The position numbers were made by a program, and so were the translations under genes. Below, piece by piece: positions 46,561 to 57,307 of a DNA stretch of 64,000 bases (position 1 is its first letter; each line of letters begins with the position of its first letter). The notes beneath the pieces are model-generated. The model was not told where the DNA came from and ran no database searches. It was given only the letters and a program-made list of their open reading frames with translations. The DNA lies in NCBI GenBank assembly GCA_036630325.1, contig CP142726.1:1364001-1428000 (forward strand), in the 5' to 3' direction. Source of the stretch: Vairimorpha necatrix. Its lineage: Eukaryota.

Positions 46561-47196
46561 CTTATAGGTTATAAAACATTTTTAAAACGATTTTGACACA
46601 ATTCTAAGACAACAATGTTAAAATTAAGACCGATTATTTTTGACTTAAGCCACTTTTAGTTATTTTGCCTAATATTCAATTTTTGAAAAAAATTAAGAAA
46701 TTACGTCAATGAATTTGGTAAATGTATAATTGAGTTACTTTTTTTTTTCTTATAAACAAAACTTGGCAGAGTTTATAATTCAAATAAACATAGTTGTACA
46801 ATTATTAAATTCATGTGTAGATTGTTTTAATAATTTATAGTACGAGTTTCTTTGTTAGAATATCTAGATTTATGAATTTACTATTGTGTAAAATATCATC
46901 GAGAATATGATTGCCACATATAAACTGGTTGTAATTAAATTAATTTATTTTCACTCAAGAAAATTTAAGATGAAAAATATTTATAATTTTAAGATAGGTA
47001 AAAAATCAATACCAACTGAAATATAAATTAGAAATCTATAACAAATGGATTTACTTTCATAAAGCAAGTTTTTATAAATTGTACTATAAACTCCCCTGGA
47101 GCAGATACCATGGTTTTAAAATTAAATTTCACTTTTTGAGATGACCTGTGCTCGAGACATTGATACAAAACCAAATTTTGAATTTATTTACTTAAT

Positions 47197-48216
47197 TTAT
47201 CTATTTATAAGTTGATTCTCGTATAGAAATATTTGATATTTAATCATCCTGATCTTCATGTTATTTACACGCAGTACTTGACTTATATCGTACAAGACAT
47301 TTTCTATACAAAAATCAGACGGAGAAATTTCTAAATATTCTGAGAATAAAGAAATTAGACACGTGGCACATTTCTCAGAGTCAAAAAGGTCATCTTTCTT
47401 ACTTGACGATGCGACTTGGAAATCTTTCGTTATATAAAAGTCTTGGATATTTGAGACTAATAATTCTTCTGATTTTACTAGAGTTAAAACATCTTTGAGG
47501 AATGATAATTTGACGAGATCTGGCGCGAACTTGAGCGCAGACTCTAAATTTATCAAAAAGTTAGAGGGAGCATCTTCCCTTTGATCAGTCAAAGATTTCA
47601 TTTTATGACTAAATAGATTTATTCTATTATTTTGTCTATACAAACACATCATTTTATTATAATTGTCTTGATTCATTTGATTTTGTTCATGTTTTGGTTG
47701 TTTATACAAACATATTCTTTTATCTTGTGTTCTTTTATGATCATCTTCTATTTTCCGCTTTTTATTAAGCCTGTACTCCTCGAATGACATATTCCCTTTG
47801 TAAATGTCTTCATTATAACATGCCACTTTCCTTATTTCATTCCATACCTTCCCAAATACTGTAAATGACACTGGGTTAAGATACCGTAGGGCTTCACTCG
47901 GACTACAAGGCTTTATTTCTTTATATTTCTCTAATTCATTTTTTATTATTGACTGGTCATACACTTGATTCTTTAGTGCCTCTTCGAGGATGTAGACTGA
48001 GATATTTGGTTTATCTTTCAGACTGAACCAGGTAGATAATTCGATATAAATCCAGTGGTAGTCTGCGGAGATCTTTTTATATTTCATAAGGAATAAGATT
48101 TTGATGTCTTTGTCGTGTTCATGATAAATTTCTTGCCATTTTTGTATGTATTCTGGATTATTTCTAAAATATTTTGTGTCTAAAAATTTTAACAAATAAT
48201 CGATCTTATTGAGCAT
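47197..48216 (-). CDS. BUB1: Bub1/Mad3 spindle checkpoint protein (TPR domain), reduced
   Basis: FRNNPEYIQKW..LFLMKYKKISADYHWIYIELS TPR pattern and MSFEEYR GLEBS-like motif; start moved to ATG 48216 after CCC motif. Confidence 0.75.
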   Translation of the reverse strand: MLNKIDYLLKFLDTKYFRNNPEYIQKWQEIYHEHDKDIKILFLMKYKKISADYHWIYIELSTWFSLKDKPNISVYILEEALKNQVYDQSIIKNELEKYKEIKPCSPSEALRYLNPVSFTVFGKVWNEIRKVACYNEDIYKGNMSFEEYRLNKKRKIEDDHKRTQDKRICLYKQPKHEQNQMNQDNYNKMMCLYRQNNRINLFSHKMKSLTDQREDAPSNFLINLESALKFAPDLVKLSFLKDVLTLVKSEELLVSNIQDFYITKDFQVASSSKKDDLFDSEKCATCLISLFSEYLEISPSDFCIENVLYDISQVLRVNNMKIRMIKYQIFLYENQLINR

Positions 48217-48376
48217 TTTTTCTTTAAAAAATGGGTTAAAAACGAAGAAAATCAAAGTAAAACAATAAATTTATATTATATTCTAATAATTGGATTGAGT
48301 TTTATTTACTAATACAAATATAATTTTTTTTAAAAAAAATTTTAAACGTCTTAAACTAAATAGTATTTTTTAACTA

Positions 48377-48480
48377 AATATAATAACACATCTTGAATAT
48401 AATATAATAACACATCTTGAATAAATATTATAACACATCAAAAAAACTAAATATTTTTTTTTTACTAAATATTATAACAC
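48377..48480. repeat. Short tandem repeat AATATAATAACACATCTTGAATA in the BUB1/MCM7 divergent promoter
   Basis: Copies at 48377, 48401, ~48424 and a partial copy at ~48467. Confidence 0.8.
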
Positions 48481-48538
48481 TTTATAAATATAATAAAATC
48501 TTACTGTTCAATTTTTTTTTAGTTTTCTTTTTACCCCA

Positions 48539-50620
48539 ATGAATAAAATCACAGATCTAAAAGTCTTCGAATCAGATATAAATTATTCTAATGACACTGA
48601 TCTTATCCACAAATTTATTGTTTTTTACAATGAAGGAAATGAGCACACTTATCTTGAACAGATTCGTGAACACAAGCCCTGCTTGCAAATAAATCTAGAC
48701 GATCTCTCTATTTTCGACGAGACTGGTATTGTCTCTAGAATAGAAAAGAATGCCTTTTCTTATTTAAATTTATTTTATAAAGTCATAGACGACATTTTAT
48801 TTACAGAAGGCGACTATCTAATAGGAGACAATGACGAGGATGTTTTCTTTTATCACAGAATTTCAAGATTTAAAGAGAAATTCCCTGACCAAAAGATCAC
48901 AGATTTCCTCCCGTCTTTTTTAATTAGAAATTATTTCTTGAATTTGATCCCGAGATCAAATTCCAAAATTATGAGTGTAAGACAAATCAAGTCTGAAGAT
49001 ATTGGGACACTAATAAAAGTCAGTGGTATTGTCACTAAAATAAGTCAAGTAAAACCTAATATAAAAGTCGCCACCTATATTTGCGAGAGCTGTGGCTCTG
49101 AAATATTCCAGCAAATTGATGGAGATGTCTTCGATTTATTAGAAGAATGTTCTAGTGAGAAATGTAAAATCAAGAAAGTCAAAGGCACTTTAATTCTCGT
49201 GACTAGAGGCAGCAAATTCTTAAAATTTCAAAGTTTAGTCATCCAAGAACTTTCTGGAGATGTGCCACAGGGTTCCATTCCCAGGATGATCAAAGTGGAA
49301 TGTTACGGAACATCAACAGAAAAATGTCTACCGGGAGATGTCGTCATAATAGGCGGCATATTCATGCCTAAACCGTATTACGGGATGAAAAAACTAAAAG
49401 CGGGTTTATTAACTGACACTTATGTACTCGCCACTGATATTCAGACTACTAAAGTAGAATATAAAAATCTAAATATAAATTTGACAATTGACCAATTAGT
49501 CAAAAATATAGCGCCAGAGATTTATGGTATGGAAGATGTAAAGAAAATATTATTAATGATGATGGTAGGAGCTCAGACTAAAACAAAAAGTGATGGTATG
49601 AAAATTAGAGGAGACATAAATGTCCTCCTGTTGGGAGACCCGGGAATAGCGAAAAGTCAACTTTTAAAAACAGTAGTAAAAATAAGTAAAAGAGGAATTT
49701 ATACCACAGGAAGAGGGTCAAGTGGCGTGGGCTTGACTGCTTCTGTAAATAAAGACCCAATTACTAATGAAGTCATTTTAGAAGGAGGGGCTCTCGTCTT
49801 GTCAGACATGGGAATTTGCTGTATCGACGAATTGGACAAAATGAGCGAATTTGACAGGGTGAGCATCCACGAAGTTATGGAACAGCAAAGCGTGTCAATA
49901 AGCAAAGCGGGAATAAACACGAAATTAAACGCAAGATGCGCAATATTAGGAGCAGCAAACCCAGTAAAAGGGAAATATGACCCAAGATACAGTGTAGAAT
50001 ACAATGTGGGTTTGCCGTGTTCTTTATTGTCAAGATTTGACATTTTGGTGGTGTTGAAAGATGACGCGGATTTACAAAAAGACGAGGCACTTGCTGAACA
50101 CGTCACTTCTTTACATTTCAATGAAACAGAGAATGACACTGTAGACTACAGAGACATCAGAGAATTTATACAAAAAGCCAAGTCTTTTAATCCTGTAATT
50201 CCTTCTGATTTATCTCAGAGATTTATTGACGCCTATGTACACGCTCGTAAAGAAAATGACAATGTAACTCCAAGATATTTATTGTCTCTAATAAGAATGG
50301 CAATTTCTCATGCGCGACTTCGTCACTCAGATCAAGTCACTGACGGAGATGTAGACGAAACTCTGAGACTTATGGAAGTCACTAAAGTGCCATGTACTAG
50401 AAAGAAAACAGAGACTATGTCTAATAAGAGGAAAATTTATCTTCTTATTTTATCTCTGGTTTACAAAGAAGAAGAAAATAAGAAATTTGTAAAATTGGAA
50501 GATTTATGGAGAGCGACAGAAGGAATTTATAGTAAAAATGAGATTGAGGATGTTATAGCAGATTTTGGAAGTTGTGGAATATGGATGAGAAATAATGATG
50601 AAATAATAATATTTAATTAA
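48539..50620 (+). CDS. MCM7: DNA replication licensing factor MCM7
   Basis: TRGSKFLKFQ, GDPGIAKSQLL, TGRGSSGVGLTA, IDELDKM, IHEVMEQQ, LLSRFD. Confidence 0.96.
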   Translation: MNKITDLKVFESDINYSNDTDLIHKFIVFYNEGNEHTYLEQIREHKPCLQINLDDLSIFDETGIVSRIEKNAFSYLNLFYKVIDDILFTEGDYLIGDNDEDVFFYHRISRFKEKFPDQKITDFLPSFLIRNYFLNLIPRSNSKIMSVRQIKSEDIGTLIKVSGIVTKISQVKPNIKVATYICESCGSEIFQQIDGDVFDLLEECSSEKCKIKKVKGTLILVTRGSKFLKFQSLVIQELSGDVPQGSIPRMIKVECYGTSTEKCLPGDVVIIGGIFMPKPYYGMKKLKAGLLTDTYVLATDIQTTKVEYKNLNINLTIDQLVKNIAPEIYGMEDVKKILLMMMVGAQTKTKSDGMKIRGDINVLLLGDPGIAKSQLLKTVVKISKRGIYTTGRGSSGVGLTASVNKDPITNEVILEGGALVLSDMGICCIDELDKMSEFDRVSIHEVMEQQSVSISKAGINTKLNARCAILGAANPVKGKYDPRYSVEYNVGLPCSLLSRFDILVVLKDDADLQKDEALAEHVTSLHFNETENDTVDYRDIREFIQKAKSFNPVIPSDLSQRFIDAYVHARKENDNVTPRYLLSLIRMAISHARLRHSDQVTDGDVDETLRLMEVTKVPCTRKKTETMSNKRKIYLLILSLVYKEEENKKFVKLEDLWRATEGIYSKNEIEDVIADFGSCGIWMRNNDEIIIFN

Positions 50621-50777
50621 AAAATAAAGTGGAATTTATAATGAATTTGTTGTTTTATTTATGACGTGGGCTATAAAAGACCGGTCTATTTTTTTATGCA
50701 AAAAAGCATAAATAGAGAAGAAAAAAAAAATAGCATGAAAAAAAATCAATTTAATAATTATTATGATTTTATATATG

Positions 50778-51034
50778 GATAGTTCTATCATAAATAAAAA
50801 TCAACTCACATGAAATATAGCTGTGTATTTTAATATTATTTGTTCTATCCGAATAAAAACCAACCCACATGAAATATAACTGTTATGTCATACTTAGATA
50901 GTTCTATCTGAATAAAAGTCCATAAAACAAACCAACCCACATGAAATATAACTGTTATGTCATATATTAATAGATCTATCCGAATAAAAATCGTCATCAT
51001 GAAACAAACCAACCCACTTGAAATATAACTGTGT
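50778..51034. repeat. Four-copy degenerate tandem repeat (59-77 bp period) upstream of ADA2
   Basis: Core CAACCCACATGAAATATAACTGT (with variants) at 50802, 50861, 50933, 51010, each preceded by TCTATC..AATAAAA. Confidence 0.9.
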
Positions 51035-51132
51035 ACTTTTAAATTAATAATTCTATAATAAAACACAGAGGCATAAAAATAAGCCCCTTATAATGAATTC
51101 GAAATCAATCTCAATTTAGATTTTTTTACCCC

Positions 51133-52119
51133 ATGACAATATCTAACATTGGTAATACAAATATCTTAACTGTAGTCTGTGACTTCTGTTTCATTTCCAT
51201 AAATCAAGATCCTCTAATCCAATGCACTACTTGTAAAATAGACCAATGCATTTACTGCTTCCGGGACAATTTAGAGACCAAAATCCATAAAAAGACACAC
51301 GATTTCAGAGTAATAAATTATTCCTTAAAAATCACTGAAGATTGGAATATTCTCGAAGAATTATTATTTTACAATTCTCTTGACAAATTTGGTCTAGGAA
51401 ATTGGGACAATATTTCCAAATCTATAGGCACTAAATCTGAAGAAGAAGTAGAAATATTTTTTTATAAAATGTTAAATATAAAAAATAATTCAATTTCCAA
51501 TTTAAAAATCAATGAAAGAACTAGTAATCCATTTAGAAGTAAAATATCTATTTATATGAATAATAGAGAAGATTTCGATGTTGAATTTATGAATGATTAC
51601 GAGGAAATAATAAAAGACATGGATTTCACAGACAGTGATGAAGAAATAGACATAAAAGCTAAGAATTGTATATTAAAAGGATATAAAAATATAATACAAA
51701 TGAGGAATTATAGAAAAGATATAATTTTAAAGAAAGGATTATTAGAAATTAATAAGAATAAGGAATTTGAAAAAGAAATGAGTAAATATTTGGATATTGA
51801 GAAATATAAATTTCTACTTGAATATCTTTCAGTAGAAAAATATGAAGAATTTATTAAAGGGATTTGTGAAGAAAAAGAGGTTTTTAAGGATAAAGAAAAT
51901 AAGATAAATTATCAAATGGCACTTAGTGGACAAGAATTAGAAATTTGTAAGAAACTTGAGATTTCTTATGAAGAATTTGGAGATTTAAAGAAGAAATTTA
52001 TAGAAATGAAGATATTTAAAGATACAGAGTTTTATGATAAAATTAACAAACTTTGTAGAAAAGATAAAACAAAAAGACAAGAAATTTTAGATTTTTTTAA
52101 TTTACAAAATTACATTTAA
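51133..52119 (+). CDS. ADA2: Transcriptional adaptor Ada2
   Basis: ZZ finger (CDFC..CTTC..CIYC..HKKTHDF), SANT (WNILEELL..GLGNWDNIS), YMNNREDFDVEFMND. Confidence 0.93.
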   Translation: MTISNIGNTNILTVVCDFCFISINQDPLIQCTTCKIDQCIYCFRDNLETKIHKKTHDFRVINYSLKITEDWNILEELLFYNSLDKFGLGNWDNISKSIGTKSEEEVEIFFYKMLNIKNNSISNLKINERTSNPFRSKISIYMNNREDFDVEFMNDYEEIIKDMDFTDSDEEIDIKAKNCILKGYKNIIQMRNYRKDIILKKGLLEINKNKEFEKEMSKYLDIEKYKFLLEYLSVEKYEEFIKGICEEKEVFKDKENKINYQMALSGQELEICKKLEISYEEFGDLKKKFIEMKIFKDTEFYDKINKLCRKDKTKRQEILDFFNLQNYI

Positions 52120-52171
52120 GCAAAAATCAATAAGTATGAAGGTTTTATTGTAAAATTATAAATCTGAATTA

Positions 52172-52290
52172 ATCTAACCTATTTAGTTTAGAGATTTAAT
52201 ATCTTATTATTAAATCTAACAAATTTCTTATAAAAATCTAACAAGTTGTTTTATTAAATCTAACATATTTAAAATGCATCTAACAAATTT
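52172..52290. repeat. ~21-bp degenerate minisatellite with ATCTAAC core
   Basis: ATCTAAC at 52172, 52214, 52236, 52258, 52278. Confidence 0.7.
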
Positions 52291-52369
52291 AAAATGCATT
52301 AAAGATATTTAAAATATATGACCTATTAAAATATATCCAATGAATCTTAATGTATCTTAATAGAGGCTT

Positions 52370-54241
52370 TTATATTTCATTTGATGCCTCTTTAGATTTA
52401 TCATTACGACATTTCAGGGAATTCTTAAGATCTTCTTTGCTTATCTTTAATTTTATATTCTCTTGTACTTCCTTAATATTATTTTTATCTGTAATTATTA
52501 TTATTACAATATTCTCTAAATATTTATATAAACTTATAATCTCATAATTCCCCGTAAGAAATACAATATGACACATTTTCTCTATAAAATCTTTAAGATT
52601 CCTCTTCTGACTAATAGAAAACTTTAAATTAAAAATTCTCTGTTTTATAAGAAAATACGTCATTTTATAAATTTCCACTACAAATTTCATTTGTAAATTT
52701 CCTCTAATTTTCTTAGATTCAAATATTTGACCTTTCAAATAATTAATTACAGAATTATCAGAATCAGGTCTATAAAATAAAATCTGAGAAATAAATTTCT
52801 TAATTCTAATTTCACATTCTTGAAGTTTAATTTTCAAACAAGAAGAAAATATTTCTTCTGTTTTATTTTTGAAGATTTCTAATTTATAAAAATCTTCTTT
52901 AAAATATTTCTTAATTTGATTTCTTATCTTTTGTATCTGAAAAATTGTACTAATTTTATCTGTCATGTCTTCATTTATCAAATCTACGAATTTATTAAAA
53001 TATTCTTGGTAAAAAACAAACATGTCTTCTAAATCTTCATCATTATAAAGAAATCTTCTTGTATTAAAAAGATCTATTAATAATAAAATGGTATCAATAA
53101 TAAAATTATAATCTTTAGAATATGAAATGACGTCATTCTTCAAAATATATTTATAAGAAGTCTGTTTCCCAAATACGATCTTATTAAAAATTTCTGAGAA
53201 GAAATTTCTCTCTTTGTCAATACAAAGTGCAGAATATTTGAAACTTAAATCGTCCAGGACTTTTTTATAATCAAAATTATCTGATAAACTTTCTATAAAA
53301 ATCCCTAATTGTTCAATATTTTTATAAGAATTTTCTATCGAATACAAAAATATGAAAGAAGATGTTCCTTGTAGAAATTTCTCCAGGGTAGGAAAAACCA
53401 AATCATAAAATATTTTCTTATTTACAATTTTATAAACTTCTTCGTAATTCGGGAATATTTCAGAAATATCTACAAATTTCTCCTGGTAAGAAATTTTCAA
53501 TTCATTTAGAAAATTCAGAAAAGTGTTATTTTCTTCGTCATAAAGTTCAATGTCAATTTCGTCACAAGACGGATGACTCATTTTATAAATCTCTTTGAAA
53601 ATGGGCATTTCATAAATATACGCATAAAGAAGCGTATTATTCTTATCTAGTTCATTTAATGCAATATAAGTAGATTTCATCATTGTCTTATTATTCATTT
53701 TATTTGATTCTTCAAATGTCTTTATTAATTTGTCTTGGATATCTTTAGAAATTTCAAGAAGTTTAGTTTTATTTTCATCTTCAAATATTTCAAGTGTGTG
53801 GTTTATAAAAAAGCATAGAAATTTCCAATCGTCTTTGTCTTCACTTTTAAGTAAAGAAGATAAAACTTGGAAATTTCCTTTTTCTATTTCTATCGTGTAA
53901 TTTAAAACTTTATTGAGAAGTTTTAATTCGAAGATTTCTTTGTTTCTTTGTAAAACTTCTTTTGTGTCTCCAAGTGGGTCGATTTTTAAAGAATTTACTT
54001 GTTTATGCAAATCTAAAATTTTCTCTTCATTTATTTTATCTTTTATGCTGCGTAATTCTATTTTCAATTTTTCTTGTTTGAAAAATAGAGCTTCTCTTAG
54101 TCCTTCAATGTCTTGTAAGACTTCTTTTATATTTGAAAGAGTCGTCTGACTGTTCTTTCTATCAAGAAGGATGGTATTTTCTATTATTTCTATAGGAGAG
54201 AAATCGTCTTCTTTGATTTGACTTATTTGGATTGTTTTCAT
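52370..54241 (-). CDS. Helical tethering-complex protein, probably exocyst Sec10-like
   Basis: 623-aa ORF after CCCCC motif; N-terminal coiled coil; ISEIFPNYEEVYKIVNKKIF recalls Sec10; family call tentative. Confidence 0.6.
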   Translation of the reverse strand: MKTIQISQIKEDDFSPIEIIENTILLDRKNSQTTLSNIKEVLQDIEGLREALFFKQEKLKIELRSIKDKINEEKILDLHKQVNSLKIDPLGDTKEVLQRNKEIFELKLLNKVLNYTIEIEKGNFQVLSSLLKSEDKDDWKFLCFFINHTLEIFEDENKTKLLEISKDIQDKLIKTFEESNKMNNKTMMKSTYIALNELDKNNTLLYAYIYEMPIFKEIYKMSHPSCDEIDIELYDEENNTFLNFLNELKISYQEKFVDISEIFPNYEEVYKIVNKKIFYDLVFPTLEKFLQGTSSFIFLYSIENSYKNIEQLGIFIESLSDNFDYKKVLDDLSFKYSALCIDKERNFFSEIFNKIVFGKQTSYKYILKNDVISYSKDYNFIIDTILLLIDLFNTRRFLYNDEDLEDMFVFYQEYFNKFVDLINEDMTDKISTIFQIQKIRNQIKKYFKEDFYKLEIFKNKTEEIFSSCLKIKLQECEIRIKKFISQILFYRPDSDNSVINYLKGQIFESKKIRGNLQMKFVVEIYKMTYFLIKQRIFNLKFSISQKRNLKDFIEKMCHIVFLTGNYEIISLYKYLENIVIIIITDKNNIKEVQENIKLKISKEDLKNSLKCRNDKSKEASNEI

Positions 54242-54394
54242 TAGGGGGAAATATTCTTTTGTATGTAACTTACATAGTCTAGTAATAAAAAGATTGTATT
54301 GTATAATTTATTTACAGTTTGTTTGTTTTATTGCATAAATAAATTAAATATTTCCATGCATAAATTTTAAAATTTTAATTATAAAGTAAAATGG

Positions 54395-54660
54395 CCGTAC
54401 AACAAATTGAAAAAGGCAATTTCCATTGAGAAAATAAGAACTTAAAGATGAAATCTCTCATGCAGTAGAAGAATTATAATACGACTTGTTTGCAAATCAT
54501 GCGGCTTTTCTCTACAATTACAAGCCGAAAATAATTCCTTATCTAATGACTTGGGATGGAATAGTAACTAAATTTCACCGCGCGCATATAAATATAAACT
54601 TCAATAGAATGGAAGCATAAAACAGACAAGAGTCCTTAAAATGACTTTAGAACCCCCAAA
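54395..54660 (+). pseudogene. Second, internally deleted RLE non-LTR retrotransposon remnant
   Basis: SHAVEE then YDLFAN..KIIPYLMTWDGIVTKFHR, homologous to the 40413 element. Confidence 0.8.
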
Positions 54661-54914
54661 TTATATCAATCAAACATGGGCTTGCTACTAGCAGGAAGGA
54701 ATATTCAAGAGCCCAATATGTAGATTTCACAAGGAACTTCCAGAGGAAATTGTGGATGCATTTTGGTAAAAGTAAGATTTTATACATGCTCCAATTAGTT
54801 TTGCTTTAATTTAATTAAAAAAGGCAAACATGACTTAATCAGGCAGACCCCTTATCAAAATATACTGGCCTATTAAAAAGTTAAAAATAATTTGTGTCTT
54901 TTAAATTAAGATAT

Positions 54915-55709
54915 TTAATTTCCCCATCCTCGTTCTGCTCCAGATCGTGTTGTCTCAACTGATATATTAGTCATATCAGATGCCCAATTATTCACCGTAC
55001 TATAATCTTCTGGATCTGAGAATTCTTGATTTCCAATATTAATATTTGCACTATCAATAGCCTTCTGTTCTTCAACAAGTCTTTCTAATTCTACTGGATC
55101 TCTGTAGATAAATAATTCTATCTCTTTCATATTTTCATCCAGAGGCTCTCCTGTCTTCATAAATCTAACAAGTCTACTTAAAATAAATAAACCAGTAGAA
55201 ATAGAAACAGGAGACCTGTTGTTCATTGGAATGACAACATCTACGAAAGACACGTCATTGTCAGTATTACAAAAAGCCACTGTCTGTAAGTTCACATAAG
55301 AACTTTCATCAAGGGCTTGTTTATCGGCAAAAGGATCAGAGACAATTAAGACTCTTGGCTCTAAAGGCCTTTTAACTTGGTTGTTACAAAAAGTACCGGG
55401 AATAAATCTGCCTATGACTGGTGTGGCATTAGTGGCTTCACAGAATTTTAAGACGCCTTTTCTCCCGAATGTTTTAGTAGAAACGACGACAGCTTCACTT
55501 GGATTTTGAAGACTGCAGAACATTCTAGAGGCAAGAATAAATTTCTCCCAAGTTTTTTCTATATCAATGACTTTAATGTTCTCTGGTTTTCTTGTACCAT
55601 AAACATATCTTCCCATATGTTTTGAAGTTTTAATTCCTCCTAAATGTCCTTGACTTATGAGAATAAGTTTGACAAAATCTTCTGGGATTGGAATATTAAC
55701 TTTGGCCAT
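54915..55709 (-). CDS. RPS0: 40S ribosomal protein uS2 (SA/S0)
   Basis: [45 protein letters not shown]; start moved to ATG 55709 after CCCC. Confidence 0.97.
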
Positions 55710-55771
55710 TTTTGGGGTCAAAATTTTCAAAAAAAAATATGCATAAAAAAAGAAAAGAAAAGTAAATAAGT

Positions 55772-55945
55772 TTATCTATCGTATGAGACTACTTGCTTAT
55801 TGTAAATATCTATTGTATAATCTAAGAACATGACAAATAATATGAAGCCACCATAAATAACAGGATAATTTGAGATAGCCCAAATTACTAATTCACCCAT
55901 AGAAAAATAGAAAGGAGGACCATCTTGAGTTTCAAGTAAAACCAT
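55772..55945 (-). CDS. Small 57-aa putative membrane protein
   Basis: [57 protein letters not shown]; coding-like composition in A/T-rich flanks; no CCC motif. Confidence 0.5.
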
Positions 55946-56221
55946 AAGAAAAAAAAAACAAAAGAGAAATTTATAAAAAAAAATAAACAAATGTAGCAGA
56001 ATTTAAGTAAAAAATCTTTATAAATATATTAATCTCTTTTTATTATAAAAATTAACTAACCAACTAACATATGTTTTAAAACTTTATTACTAATGTTATA
56101 AAATCAACATCTTATTATAAAGTTAACATTTTATATTATAAAACTCAACTAACTAATTGCATATATTCAAATTTTTTATTATAAAATAAATCTAGTTAAA
56201 ATAAAAATTATTTGGCAAATT

Positions 56222-57076
56222 TTATTTTTTAAATTCGCGATATTTTTCACTGTAAAGTTCATGAACTTGATCAAATAAAGATTTATCAAATGGGAAATAA
56301 AAAAGTGAGAAATTATCAAAAGACTTAAAAAACTTATACTCATATTTCGTAATACTACAAAATATTTCTATAATATTCTCATTCATATAAATATAAATAT
56401 TATTCTTAAAAATTTTATCAAAAATATGACTACATTTCTCAATATATTCCCTATGAAAACAACAAATATAAATCAACCCTTGAGCAGCAAGAACAAAATT
56501 TAACCCAGTGCCAATTTTCAATTCTTCAACATATTTTATAAATTGTAAAATCGCATTTTTATTATTAATTTTACATCTTGTAACAAAAGATGTAAAATAC
56601 GGAATATAAACAATAGGATTAGATTTAACATTTTCAAAAAGGAAATATAAAACAGGTCTACTTTTCTGTAAAGCCAATCTAAAAAACAAAAACTGAACTG
56701 TGTTCGTCTTACTTAAAGGAATTAATGATAAACAATCTAATAAAAGATTACAATTTATATTTTCAATAATTTGATCTATTTTTATATAAGCAGAAATAAA
56801 TATTCTTATTTTATCTCTAATAAGTCCATAAAGTGGTTTCTCTATTGGTGTCTCAAATTCGCTTATTATGTCATTCCAATCTTCATCTGAAATTGTATCG
56901 TAAAGGGAACTTATTTCTACATCTAATTCTATAAGAGAAATAATTATCTTTTTAAAAACAGGCTTGACTAAAGATTTATTTTTGAGATATTCTAAATACT
57001 TGTCTATTTCAGATAAATCTAATTTCTCTCTTTTTAGTTTTTTGACGAGATCAATTTTTTCTTTAAATGAAAGCAT
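56222..57076 (-). CDS. RRN3: RNA polymerase I initiation factor Rrn3 (reduced)
   Basis: VQFLFF, YFTSFVTR, AQGLIYICCFH, YFPFD; start moved to ATG 57076 after CCCC. Confidence 0.85.
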   Translation of the reverse strand: MLSFKEKIDLVKKLKREKLDLSEIDKYLEYLKNKSLVKPVFKKIIISLIELDVEISSLYDTISDEDWNDIISEFETPIEKPLYGLIRDKIRIFISAYIKIDQIIENINCNLLLDCLSLIPLSKTNTVQFLFFRLALQKSRPVLYFLFENVKSNPIVYIPYFTSFVTRCKINNKNAILQFIKYVEELKIGTGLNFVLAAQGLIYICCFHREYIEKCSHIFDKIFKNNIYIYMNENIIEIFCSITKYEYKFFKSFDNFSLFYFPFDKSLFDQVHELYSEKYREFKK

Positions 57077-57234
57077 CAAGGGGAATAAAAAAATAAGAAA
57101 TAAAATATGTAAAAATATCAAATTTAATTAAATTTTAAATTTAGTAGGGAGTTTGTTGGTTTACAAACAAACAAACTTATAAAAATATAAAAGCATGAAA
57201 AAATTATGCATAATGAAAATTTAAAAAAAATCGA

Positions 57235-57307
57235 GCTCTTGTAGTGTAGTGGTTATCACGCATCCTTTACACGGATGAGGTCTCCGGTTCGAACCCGGAC
57301 AAGAGCA
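57235..57307 (+). tRNA. tRNA-Val(TAC)
   Basis: GCTCTTG acceptor stem, CATCC-TT-TAC-AC-GGATG, GTTCGAAC. Confidence 0.95.

Noticed and set aside
47085..47165. U1 snRNA-like string CCTGG..AGATACCATG
   Set aside because: Lacks the 5' ACTTAC, the U1A loop and a convincing cloverleaf; an Infernal search would settle it
50778..51034. CRISPR-like repeat/spacer appearance
   Set aside because: Linkers are related to each other, period varies, no cas genes, eukaryotic context; the 50845-51066 ORF is just the repeat translated
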